39,299 nucleotides of DNA from an uncultured Opitutia bacterium (GTDB taxonomy: Bacteria > Verrucomicrobiota > Verrucomicrobiia > Opitutales > UBA953): positions 1-39,299 of the forward strand of contig CAIKRN010000255.1 of assembly GCA_903829855.1 (NCBI GenBank), written 5' to 3'. The notes beneath the pieces were generated by a model that was given only the letters and a program-made list of their open reading frames with translations, was not told the DNA's origin and did no database searches. Both the position numbers and the translations under genes were made by a program. Of the stretch, positions 27,721 through 35,761 are shown piece after piece (within the stretch, counting starts at the first letter, position 1; each line of letters opens with the position of its first letter).

Positions 27721-28287
27721 ATGAGCCGAATTGGTAAGCAGCCCGTCAATATCCCCGACAAAGTCACCGTTGCCGTTAAGGACAACGTCGTCGTCGTCAA
27801 GGGGCCCAAGGGTGAACTCTCGAAGCCCTTCCCCAAGGAAGTCGGCGTCGTCGTCGACGCTAAAATCGTCAACGTTACTGACCTCACCGAGGTTAAGGAT
27901 AAGGATGGCAAAATCGTGAAAGCTGGCACCGCTGGCGCTCTTCACGGCACCATCCGCGCGATCATCCGCAATATGGTTGAAGGCGTGGCCACTGGCTACT
28001 CCAAGACCCTTCTCATCGAAGGCGTCGGTTTCAAGGCTGCCCTCAAGGGTAACGTCCTCGACCTCGCGCTGGGCTACTCCCACCCGATTCGCTACACCGT
28101 CCCCGCCGGCGTGACCGTCGTCGTGACGGATGGCACCAAGTTGCTCATCTCTGGCGCCGATCGCCACATGGTCGGCCAGGTCGCCTCCTCGATCAAGCTG
28201 TACAAGCCTGTTGAGCCTTACAAAGGCAAGGGCGTCCGCGTCGAAGGTGAATACGTCCGCCGCAAGGAGGGCAAGAAGACGGCCTAA
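27721..28287 (+). CDS. rplF: 50S ribosomal protein L6
   Basis: MSRIGKQPVNIPDKVTV start at ATG 27721, YSHPIRYTVPAGV, EPYKGKGVRVEGEYVRRKEGKK. The track start at 27667 overlaps rpsH. Confidence 0.96.
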   Translation: MSRIGKQPVNIPDKVTVAVKDNVVVVKGPKGELSKPFPKEVGVVVDAKIVNVTDLTEVKDKDGKIVKAGTAGALHGTIRAIIRNMVEGVATGYSKTLLIEGVGFKAALKGNVLDLALGYSHPIRYTVPAGVTVVVTDGTKLLISGADRHMVGQVASSIKLYKPVEPYKGKGVRVEGEYVRRKEGKKTA

Positions 28288-28310
28288 TCCGCCCGAAACG
28301 AAAACATTCC

Positions 28311-28673
28311 ATGAAACTGCAGAAGAAGAATCTCCTGGCGCAAAAGCGCCGCTGGCGCATCCGCAAGACGGTTCGCGGCACCGCCGCTCGTCCGCGCTTG
28401 GCGCTCAAGATGACCCACATGCACCTTTACGCACAGGCCATCGACGACGACAAGGGTGTCACCCTTGTTTCGCTTGCCACCACCTCCAAGGATCTCCGTG
28501 GCCAGAAGCTTCGCCCGACGGTGGGTGGAGCCGGTACCTTCGGCGAAGCCTTCGGTGCGAAAGCCAAGGCCGCAGGTCTCACGACCGTGGTCTTCGATCG
28601 CGCCGGTCGCCGCTACCACGGCACCGTCAAGTCTTTCGCCGACGCCGCCCGCAAGGCCGGCCTGAGCTTCTAA
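28311..28673 (+). CDS. rplR: 50S ribosomal protein L18
   Basis: 120 aa. [54 protein letters not shown]. Confidence 0.96.
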   Translation: MKLQKKNLLAQKRRWRIRKTVRGTAARPRLALKMTHMHLYAQAIDDDKGVTLVSLATTSKDLRGQKLRPTVGGAGTFGEAFGAKAKAAGLTTVVFDRAGRRYHGTVKSFADAARKAGLSF

Positions 28674-28677
28674 TTAC

Positions 28678-29337
28678 ATGAGCGAAGATAATAAACCCGC
28701 TGCGGCTTCCGCTGCCCCTTCGGCGGCTCCTGCTGCCCCTTCTGCCCCTGGTCGCTCCGGCCCTGGCGGTGATCGTCGTGGTCCTGGTGGCCCTGGTGGT
28801 CCTGGTGGTCCCGGTGGCCGCCGTTCTGGCCCTGGTGGTCCTGGACGTGGTCCTCGTCGTGATAACCGCAACGATGCCCCCGCTTCGGAATACAACGACA
28901 AGGTCGTTCACATCAATCGTTGCTCTAAGGTCGTCAAAGGCGGCCGCCGCTTTAACTTCGCTGCGCTCGTCGTGGCAGGTGATGGCAAGGGTCGCGTCGG
29001 TGTCGGCTACGGTAAGGCCAAGGAAGTTCCTGATGCGATCCGCAAGGGAACTGACCGCGCCCACCGTGCCCTCGTCCGCGTCAATCTCCGTGGTAACACG
29101 ATTCCGCACGAAGTCATCGGTCACGCCGATGGTGGCGTCGTCATGCTCCGTCCGGCTGCCCCTGGTACTGGTCTCATCGCCGGCGGCGGTGTTCGTGCCG
29201 TCCTCGAAGTGGCAGGTTACAAAGACGTCCTCTCAAAGTCCATGGGGTCCAATAATCCTCAGGCTGTCGTGAAAGCGACTTTGGACGGACTCTCTAAGCT
29301 CCGTACCCTCGAACAAATCAAGGCTCTCCGCGCCTAA
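28678..29337 (+). CDS. rpsE: 30S ribosomal protein S5 with ~65-aa Ala/Pro/Gly/Arg-rich N-terminal extension
   Basis: 219 aa. Core [48 protein letters not shown] and [29 protein letters not shown]. Preceded by [54 protein letters not shown]. Confidence 0.96.
   Translation: MSEDNKPAAASAAPSAAPAAPSAPGRSGPGGDRRGPGGPGGPGGPGGRRSGPGGPGRGPRRDNRNDAPASEYNDKVVHINRCSKVVKGGRRFNFAALVVAGDGKGRVGVGYGKAKEVPDAIRKGTDRAHRALVRVNLRGNTIPHEVIGHADGGVVMLRPAAPGTGLIAGGGVRAVLEVAGYKDVLSKSMGSNNPQAVVKATLDGLSKLRTLEQIKALRA
28780..28818 (+). repeat. In-frame 9-bp tandem repeat (GGN CCN GGN x4) encoding [13 protein letters not shown] inside rpsE
   Basis: Read directly: ggt cct ggt / ggc cct ggt / ggt cct ggt / ggt ccc ggt / ggc. 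Similar GPGG units occur just upstream and downstream. Confidence 0.8.
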
Positions 29338-29352
29338 GCGGAATACAAAGAC

Positions 29353-29820
29353 ATGAAGCTCCATTCACTGCCCGCCATCAAGGGCTCCACTCACCGCCAT
29401 AAGGTTCTCGGCCGCGGCCGCGGTTCCGGTCATGGTAAGACCTCTGGTCGAGGCCACAAAGGTATGAAGGCCCGCTCCGGCGGCGGCCATCGTCCTGGCT
29501 TTGAAGGCGGTCAGATGCCCCTTTACCGTCGCTTGCCCAAGCGCGGATTCAATAACATCAATCGCATTGACTACGAAGTGCTGAACGTCCGTGACCTCCA
29601 GGAATTGGAAGGCAAGACCTTCGGCCTCGAAGAACTCAAGGCCGCTGGCGTCCTTCGTTCGGCTGCGCTTCTCCTTAAGATTCTCGGCACCGGTGAAATT
29701 ACCCGCGCCGTGACCGTCAAAGCCCATCGTTTTTCCGACTCAGCGAAAGCCAAAATCGAAAAAGCCGGCGGCAAGGCGATCCTGATCGAATCCAAGAAGT
29801 CGGCTACCGCCGCTGAGTGA
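29353..29820 (+). CDS. rplO: 50S ribosomal protein L15
   Basis: 155 aa. LGRGRGSGHGKTSGRGHKGMKARSGG, FEGGQMPLYRRLPKRGF. Follows rpsE directly, with no rpmD between. Confidence 0.96.
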   Translation: MKLHSLPAIKGSTHRHKVLGRGRGSGHGKTSGRGHKGMKARSGGGHRPGFEGGQMPLYRRLPKRGFNNINRIDYEVLNVRDLQELEGKTFGLEELKAAGVLRSAALLLKILGTGEITRAVTVKAHRFSDSAKAKIEKAGGKAILIESKKSATAAE

Positions 29821-29843
29821 GCCTCGGCTCGCCTTTGTCCTCG

Positions 29844-31370
29844 ATGTTCACGGCCTTCGCCAACTGCTGGAGGATTCCTGAGCTCCGGGCTCGGTTGCTT
29901 GCGACTGTGGCGTTGGTGTTTGTTGCCCGCATCGGCGCAAACATCCCGCTGCCCGGTATCGACCCGAAGGACATCATGGAATACTACCATTCCATGGCCG
30001 ACAAGTCGTCGGGCGGCGTGGTAGCGATGTATAATATGTTCACGGGTGGCGCACTTCTAAAGGGTGCCGTCTTCTCTTTGGGCATCATGCCTTATATCAG
30101 CGCATCGATTATCATGCAGCTGATGTCTGCGGTGGTCCCGTCGATCGCCCGCCTCCAGCAGGAGGGCGAAGTCGGTCGTCAGAAGGTGGCCCAGTATTCT
30201 CGCTACCTCACCATCTTGATTGCGATTGTGCAGTCCGCCTTACTGCTTGGCGCCTTTTGTAATCCGCAGCAAGTCGGTCAGGCTCTCGGCCTAGGTAACT
30301 TCACCGGGACTATCGTCGTGATGGAGCAAAAGTGGCTCTTCGTTTCCCTGGGCGTTTGCCTTCTTACTTCTGGCGCCATTGTCATGCTCTGGCTGGGCGA
30401 GCAAATCACGCAGCGCGGTATCGGTAACGGCACTTCAGTTCTAATTACCGTCGGCATTCTCGCCGACATTCCCGGTGCTCTCACTTCGTTTGTCGACATG
30501 ACGTTCGGTGGTAAGATTGGTGCCGGTGCTGCTAACTCGCACGGCTGGGAAAAAGCGGCGGGCATGATTCTTTTATTTGTTGCGGTGACGGCTGCGATGG
30601 TCGCCATCAACCAGGCCGTCCGCAAAATCCCGATTCAGTATGCCCAGCGCATGGTCGGGCGTAAGATGTACGGGGCCCAGACCAACTACCTCCCGCTTAA
30701 GGTCAATTACGCGGGCGTGATGCCCGTCATTTTTGCTGGAGCCATCATGAGCTTCCCGCCCATGTTGCTCAATCCGTTAAGCACGGTATCCACCCAGCTG
30801 GCCTTCCTCCACAACATGGCCGAAGTATTCCAGCGTAATAACGCCTACTACTACACCATTTATTCGGCGCTCATCTTTGGTTTCAGTTACTTCTGGATTT
30901 CGATCATGTTCCGCCCGGTACAGATCGCAGACGACCTCAAAAAGAATAACGGTTACATCCTCGGCGTTCGCCCAGGCGAGCCGACTGCACAGTTCTTAGA
31001 CTTCGTCATGACTCGCCTGACGCTGGCGGGTTCGCTCTTCCTCTTGATGATCGCGCTGATGCCCGATCTCTTCATCACTCAGATGGGTTTCCCGATGCGT
31101 TTGGCTACCTTCTTGGGTGGCACGGGAGGCCTGATTACCGTGGGCGTGATGCTCGACACGATGCGCCAAGTCGAAACTTTCCTGCTCCAACGCAATTACG
31201 AAGGTTTCTTAAAGAAGGGTCGTATTGGCAGTATCCCGGTGCCGGCCGCGGGCCTGCGGACTGAAGCAGAGTCTTCAGCGCTCGGCTCCCTCGAGAAGAC
31301 CTGCTTGATTCTGTTTACGCTCGGTGTCATTGCCTGGGGCCTGAATCACTGGGGTAAGTTTGCTCACTGA
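29844..31370 (+). CDS. secY: Preprotein translocase subunit SecY (with C-terminal extension)
   Basis: MFTAFANCWRIPELRARLL..FVARIGANIPLPGI, GIMPYISASIIMQL, GEQITQRGIGNGTSVLI, IPIQYAQR, GVMPVIFAGAIM. ATG at 29844 is preferred. GTG at 29817 (overlapping the rplO stop) is an alternative. About 47 aa lie beyond the usual ...YEGFLKKG end. Confidence 0.95.
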   Translation: MFTAFANCWRIPELRARLLATVALVFVARIGANIPLPGIDPKDIMEYYHSMADKSSGGVVAMYNMFTGGALLKGAVFSLGIMPYISASIIMQLMSAVVPSIARLQQEGEVGRQKVAQYSRYLTILIAIVQSALLLGAFCNPQQVGQALGLGNFTGTIVVMEQKWLFVSLGVCLLTSGAIVMLWLGEQITQRGIGNGTSVLITVGILADIPGALTSFVDMTFGGKIGAGAANSHGWEKAAGMILLFVAVTAAMVAINQAVRKIPIQYAQRMVGRKMYGAQTNYLPLKVNYAGVMPVIFAGAIMSFPPMLLNPLSTVSTQLAFLHNMAEVFQRNNAYYYTIYSALIFGFSYFWISIMFRPVQIADDLKKNNGYILGVRPGEPTAQFLDFVMTRLTLAGSLFLLMIALMPDLFITQMGFPMRLATFLGGTGGLITVGVMLDTMRQVETFLLQRNYEGFLKKGRIGSIPVPAAGLRTEAESSALGSLEKTCLILFTLGVIAWGLNHWGKFAH

Positions 31371-31381
31371 GCTCAGTTGGC

Positions 31382-32143
31382 ATGATTGATCTGAAGTCGG
31401 CTGAGGACGTAAGTCGCATGCGTGCGGCCTGTGTCGCTGCTGCTCGCGTCTTGCACGACTTGGCCACCCTAGTTGTGCCGGGAATTTCCACGGCGGGGCT
31501 AGACTCGGCTGCCCGTGGCTTGATGGTACGTCATGGCTGTGAAAGCGCCTGCCACGGTTATGTCGTGGGACGACTAAGTTACCCCGGGTACGTCTGCATT
31601 TCTTTGAATGACGAAATTGTCCATGGCATCGGCGCCAGCGACCGGATTATCCGGGACGGCGACTTGGTCTCCTTGGATGTTGTCGTCCGCCGCGACGGTT
31701 TCATCGGCGACAATGCCCGGACCATCATGGTGGGCAGTGTGGCCCCGCAGGCTCGCCAGCTTTGCATCGACACGGAGAAATCACTCATGGCGGGCATCGC
31801 GGCCGTTAAGCCAGGCAACAGGGTAGGGGACATCTCTGCGGCTATCCAAGAAGCCCTCACCTCGGGCGGCTATGGTATCGTCCGGGACTTCGTAGGACAT
31901 GGCGTGGGTCGCAAGATGCACGAAGAGCCCCAAATTCCTAACTACGGAAAGGCTGGAACTGGGCCTAAATTATTGCCTGGCATGGCTTTAGCCATCGAGC
32001 CTATGGTTAATTTAGGCACCCATAAGATTATTATGGCTCCCGACGGCTGGACGGCTCGGACCGGCGACGGCAAGGTCTCTGCCCACTTCGAACACACCGT
32101 TTTGGTCACCGAAACAGGGGCTGAAATCCTCACCCTCGTTTAA
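31382..32143 (+). CDS. map: Methionine aminopeptidase, type I
   Basis: 253 aa. [75 protein letters not shown] (metal ligands D, D, H, E, E in context). Confidence 0.95.
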   Translation: MIDLKSAEDVSRMRAACVAAARVLHDLATLVVPGISTAGLDSAARGLMVRHGCESACHGYVVGRLSYPGYVCISLNDEIVHGIGASDRIIRDGDLVSLDVVVRRDGFIGDNARTIMVGSVAPQARQLCIDTEKSLMAGIAAVKPGNRVGDISAAIQEALTSGGYGIVRDFVGHGVGRKMHEEPQIPNYGKAGTGPKLLPGMALAIEPMVNLGTHKIIMAPDGWTARTGDGKVSAHFEHTVLVTETGAEILTLV

Positions 32144-32222
32144 ACCGCATTTTTTGCTTTCAAATCCCACCAGAACCTCCAAGTTCCGACCTCTTTCCCA
32201 CCTTCCAAACAGCACGGACACC

Positions 32223-32603
32223 ATGCCACGAATCCTCGGCGTAGACATTCCCAACAACAAGAAAGTAGAGATCTCTCTCCGCTATATCTATGGTATCGGC
32301 CCCTGCCGTGCCACAGAGATTTGCGATGCTCTCGGCTTCGATCCCGCCATGCGCGCTTCGAACCTGTCCGAGGAGCAGCTTAACAAGATCGTCGAGTACA
32401 TCGTACGCATGGGGTACAAGTGCGAAGGCGACCTGCGTCGTGACATCGCTCAGAACTTGAAGCGCCTCCAAGCGATTAAGTGCTACCGCGGCCTCCGACA
32501 CTTCCGCGGCCTCCCGGTACGCGGTCAGCGTACGCGCACCAACGCTCGTACTCGCAAGGGCAAGCGTAAGACCGTCGGCGTTGCCGCGGCACCGTCGAAG
32601 TAA
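32223..32603 (+). CDS. rpsM: 30S ribosomal protein S13
   Basis: [27 protein letters not shown] start at ATG 32223, [27 protein letters not shown]. The track start at 32154 adds non-homologous residues. Confidence 0.96.
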   Translation: MPRILGVDIPNNKKVEISLRYIYGIGPCRATEICDALGFDPAMRASNLSEEQLNKIVEYIVRMGYKCEGDLRRDIAQNLKRLQAIKCYRGLRHFRGLPVRGQRTRTNARTRKGKRKTVGVAAAPSK

Positions 32604-32633
32604 GCCAACCCAATCTCCCAATAATATTTTACG

Positions 32634-33185
32634 ATGAGCGAAGAAGCCCCCAAGACCCCTAAGGCCAAGAAGCCGAAGGCCCCTGCTGCTGAAGCTGGTG
32701 CCGCTGCCCCCGAGGCCACCGCTCCTGCGGCTGCTCCGGTTGAAAGCGCCGCCCCTGAGCGCAAGGAAATTACCGCCAAGGAACTCCTCGGCGAAGAACT
32801 CGGTGAAGTGAAGGTTCGTCGCGCCAAGGGCTCGAAGAACATCACGACCGGGATCTGCCACATCCTCGCCACCTTTAATAACACCAAGGTCACGATCACC
32901 GATCCTAGCGGCAATGTCATCTCCTGGGGAAGCGCTGGTCGCCACCAGTTCCGCGGCTCTCGTAAGTCCACGGCTTACGCGGCGCAGGTAGTCTGCTCGG
33001 AAGCCGCCAAGCTCGCCATGGCTCACGGCCTCAAGGATGTTTCCGTCCGCGTCAAGGGACCAGGCATGGGTCGCGACAGTGCCATTCGTGCCCTCCAGGT
33101 GCTCGGCCTGAACGTCACCTCGATTCTCGATACCACTCCGATCCCGCACAACGGCTGCCGCCCGCCCAAGCGTCGCCGCGTCTGA
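32634..33185 (+). CDS. rpsK: 30S ribosomal protein S11 with ~55-aa Ala/Pro/Lys/Glu-rich N-terminal extension
   Basis: 183 aa. Core [73 protein letters not shown]-terminal [40 protein letters not shown]. Confidence 0.96.
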   Translation: MSEEAPKTPKAKKPKAPAAEAGAAAPEATAPAAAPVESAAPERKEITAKELLGEELGEVKVRRAKGSKNITTGICHILATFNNTKVTITDPSGNVISWGSAGRHQFRGSRKSTAYAAQVVCSEAAKLAMAHGLKDVSVRVKGPGMGRDSAIRALQVLGLNVTSILDTTPIPHNGCRPPKRRRV

Positions 33186-33271
33186 TCGTTCTATCTTTCG
33201 TATTACCGTCCGGCTATGGCAAACCGGGCGGGTCCTATCCATCCGCCACTTCTCACAAATAAAAAACCAAA

Positions 33272-33880
33272 ATGTCTCGTTACACCGGTCCCACCACGAA
33301 GCTCAATCGTCGCTTCGGTCAGAATATTTTCCCCACCTCCAAGGGTGAGGAGCGTCGCCCGTACCCTCCGGGTATCCACGGCAAGACGACCCGCCGCAAG
33401 GTCTCCGAATACGGCGTCGGCCTCAATGAGAAGCAGAAGCTTCGCATGATGTACGGCTTGACCGAGAAGCAGTTCCGCTTGGCCTTCGCTCGCGCCAAGC
33501 GCATGGGCGGCGTCGCTGGTGATAACTTCCTCCGCATTCTCGAGACCCGCCTCGACAACGTCGTCTTCCGCCTCGGTTTCGCTAATTCCCGTTCGGCTGC
33601 CCGCCAGCTTGTCGCTCACGGCCATATCCGCATCAACGGACACAAGGTCGACATCGCCAGCTACGCCACTTCACCTGGAGAAAAGATTGAAGTCCGTGAC
33701 CGCACCTCCTCCAAGCAGCTCGCCACCCGCGCGGTTGAAGAAGGCCAAGGTCGCTCGGCTCCGGCTTGGCTCGTGGTCTCTTCGGAGCAGCTCAATGGAC
33801 AAATCGTCCGTGAGCCAGCCAAGGAAGAACTGCCTTCAGACGTTAACGTCCAAATCATCGTCGAATTCTACAGCCGCTGA
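33272..33880 (+). CDS. rpsD: 30S ribosomal protein S4
   Basis: 202 aa. MSRYTGPTTKLNRRFG, YGVGLNEKQKLRMMYGLTEKQF, RLDNVVFRLGFANSRSAARQLVAHGHIRINGHKVDIASY (S4 domain). Confidence 0.97.
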   Translation: MSRYTGPTTKLNRRFGQNIFPTSKGEERRPYPPGIHGKTTRRKVSEYGVGLNEKQKLRMMYGLTEKQFRLAFARAKRMGGVAGDNFLRILETRLDNVVFRLGFANSRSAARQLVAHGHIRINGHKVDIASYATSPGEKIEVRDRTSSKQLATRAVEEGQGRSAPAWLVVSSEQLNGQIVREPAKEELPSDVNVQIIVEFYSR

Positions 33881-33914
33881 TCAAACCAACCAAACCACAC
33901 TAGGACCTACAGCC

Positions 33915-34931
33915 ATGACCAAGCGACTCGGACAATTCCAACGCCCCAAGAACCTCAAGAAAGAGGAATCTTCGGCGACCCCCACCTACGCCAAGTATTT
34001 CGCCGATCCGTTCGAAACGGGTTTCGGACACACCATCGGCAACTCCCTCCGCCGTATCCTGCTAAGCTCCATCGAAGGCGCCGCCATCTCGGCCGTCACC
34101 ATCGAAGGCGTGCAGCACGAATTCCAACCGATTGAAGGCGTCGTCGAAGACGTCACCGAAATCGTCCTGAACCTCAAGAAGGTCCGTATTCGCACCGAGT
34201 CCAATAAGCGCGAAGCTTTCAAGGGTACCATCGACGTCAACAAGACCGGCGCCGTGAAGGCTTCGGACATCAAGTTCGAAACCAAGGGCGCCACGGTCAC
34301 CCTCGTCAATCCCGACCAGGTGATCTGCACGCTCGATCGCAAGCGTCGTTTCTACGCTGACCTTGAAGTTACCGTGGGTCGTAGCTGGGCTTCCGCCGAG
34401 GAAAACAAGAAGGCCGACCAGGCCATCGGTTCCATCCCCGTCGATTCCCTCTTCTCTCCAGTCACCCTTGCGAAGTACTCCGTTGAGAGCACCCGCTCGG
34501 GCGACAAGACCGACTATGATAAGCTCGTGCTCGAAATTTCGACCGATGGTCGCATCACCCCTGATGAAGCGTTGAAGGAAGCTTCGGCCATCCTGCGTCA
34601 CCACCTCGAAGTCTTTGACACGGTCGCCGCCGACTCTGTCGAATTTGAAACCGGCCAGAAGGAAGTTAGCGAAGAGAGCAACCGCCTCCGCAAGCTCCTC
34701 AACATGTCCGTCAACGAAATCGAACTCTCCGTCCGCGCTGCGAACTGCCTCAACAACGCCAACATCAACACCGTTGGTGAACTGGCGATGAAGACCGAGC
34801 AGGAGATGCTCAAGTACCGCAACTTCGGCAAAAAGTCCCTCAATGAGATCAAGGCCAAGCTCGAACAGCTCGGCCTGTCCCTCGGACAGAAAATCAACGA
34901 AGGTCTGCTCGATAAGGGCGTCAACGCATAA
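33915..34931 (+). CDS. rpoA: DNA-directed RNA polymerase subunit alpha
   Basis: 338 aa from ATG 33915 (MTKRLGQFQRPKN). GFGHTIGNSLRRILLSSIEGAAISAV, and the C-terminal domain ELSVRAANCLNNANINTVGELA..EMLKYRNFGKKSLNEIK. The track ORF start at 33519 overlaps rpsD. Confidence 0.96.
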   Translation: MTKRLGQFQRPKNLKKEESSATPTYAKYFADPFETGFGHTIGNSLRRILLSSIEGAAISAVTIEGVQHEFQPIEGVVEDVTEIVLNLKKVRIRTESNKREAFKGTIDVNKTGAVKASDIKFETKGATVTLVNPDQVICTLDRKRRFYADLEVTVGRSWASAEENKKADQAIGSIPVDSLFSPVTLAKYSVESTRSGDKTDYDKLVLEISTDGRITPDEALKEASAILRHHLEVFDTVAADSVEFETGQKEVSEESNRLRKLLNMSVNEIELSVRAANCLNNANINTVGELAMKTEQEMLKYRNFGKKSLNEIKAKLEQLGLSLGQKINEGLLDKGVNA

Positions 34932-34952
34932 TCCGGACTCCCAACTACCCTC

Positions 34953-35423
34953 ATGCGTCACCGCACCCACAATCACGTTCTCGGCGTTAAGACGGCTCAC
35001 CGCCGTTCGCTCATCGCCAATCTCGCCGCCGCGTTGTTCACCAATGCGCGCATCACGACGACTTTGTCGAAGGCCAAGGCGCTCCGTCCTTACGCTGAGC
35101 ACCTGATCACCTTCGCTAAGAAGGCCGAACAGTCTGCCGATAAGTCGGTCAAGCTTCACTACTACCGCTTGGCCTTGGCCAAGATGCGCAACGAAGATGC
35201 CTGTCACCTGCTCTTCAAAGAGCGCGTTCAGCAGTTCCTCTCCCGCACCGGTGGCTACACCCGTATCTATAAGCTCGGCGCCCGTAAGGGTGATGCTGCT
35301 GAGACCGCACTCATCGAACTCGTGGCCAAGGACGACAAGTCCCCTGCCATGACGCCGAAGGCCAAGGTCGCTCGCAAGCCGAAGCAGAAGAAAGAAGCCG
35401 CCGCGGCTAGCGCTCAGGCCTAA
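34953..35423 (+). CDS. rplQ: 50S ribosomal protein L17 (with Lys/Ala-rich C-terminal tail)
   Basis: 156 aa. MRHRTHNHVLGVKTAHRRSLIANLAAALF, ITTTLSKAKALRPYAEHLIT, GGYTRIYKLGARKGDAAE. Tail KDDKSPAMTPKAKVARKPKQKKEAAAASAQA. Confidence 0.96.
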   Translation: MRHRTHNHVLGVKTAHRRSLIANLAAALFTNARITTTLSKAKALRPYAEHLITFAKKAEQSADKSVKLHYYRLALAKMRNEDACHLLFKERVQQFLSRTGGYTRIYKLGARKGDAAETALIELVAKDDKSPAMTPKAKVARKPKQKKEAAAASAQA

Positions 35424-35445
35424 GCCTCTTTCGTAGGCTTGAACC

Positions 35446-35485
35446 CGAGACGCGTCCGCCCCCCGGCGGCGCGTCTCGCCTTTTT
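35446..35485 (+). terminator. Rho-independent terminator closing the ribosomal-protein/rpoA cluster
   Basis: CGAGACGCG (35446-35454) pairs with CGCGTCTCG (35470-35478). Inner CCGCC (35456-35460) pairs with GGCGG (35465-35469) around a CCCC loop. A TTTTT run follows at 35481-35485. The element begins 23 nt after the rplQ stop. Confidence 0.8.
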
Positions 35486-35504
35486 AGAACCTCCCCCAGC
35501 CTTC

Positions 35505-35741
35505 ATGTTACAGTCCGTCGATCTCGGTGTCTTTCTGGCCTTCCTGGCCGGTTTGGCCGCGCTCGTGCTACTGGGGCTGCAGGCTTGGTATGATCGGCGT
35601 GATGTGATCCTTTCTGATCACCGCCGCATCAACTCCGCCTTTTCCTGCATCCGTTGCAACGTGCTCTATGTGCGTCCCCGTCGTCGCGAGGAGGCCGCCT
35701 GCCCGCGCTGCGGATGGAACAATGTTCGCCTCAAGTTCTGA
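35505..35741 (+). CDS. Hypothetical small membrane protein: N-terminal TM helix + C-terminal CxxC...CxxC zinc-ribbon-like motif
   Basis: 78 aa from ATG 35505: [33 protein letters not shown]...[32 protein letters not shown]. The track start at 35439 would read through the terminator hairpin and was discarded. Ends 20 nt before guaA. Codon bias is compatible with coding, but no homology is recognised. Confidence 0.5.
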   Translation: MLQSVDLGVFLAFLAGLAALVLLGLQAWYDRRDVILSDHRRINSAFSCIRCNVLYVRPRRREEAACPRCGWNNVRLKF

Positions 35742-35761
35742 ATCCCCCTAACTTCCCACCC

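Noticed and set aside
32100-32165. T6 run just after the map stop, considered as a possible terminator before rpsM.
   Set aside because: I could not find a convincing GC-rich stem immediately upstream. The best pairing is interrupted and lies 8 nt or more from the T run.
35439-35504. Longer version of the small TM/zinc-ribbon ORF, starting at 35439.
   Set aside because: It would be translated through the terminator stem-loop (35446-35485). The ATG at 35505 sits directly before the hydrophobic helix.
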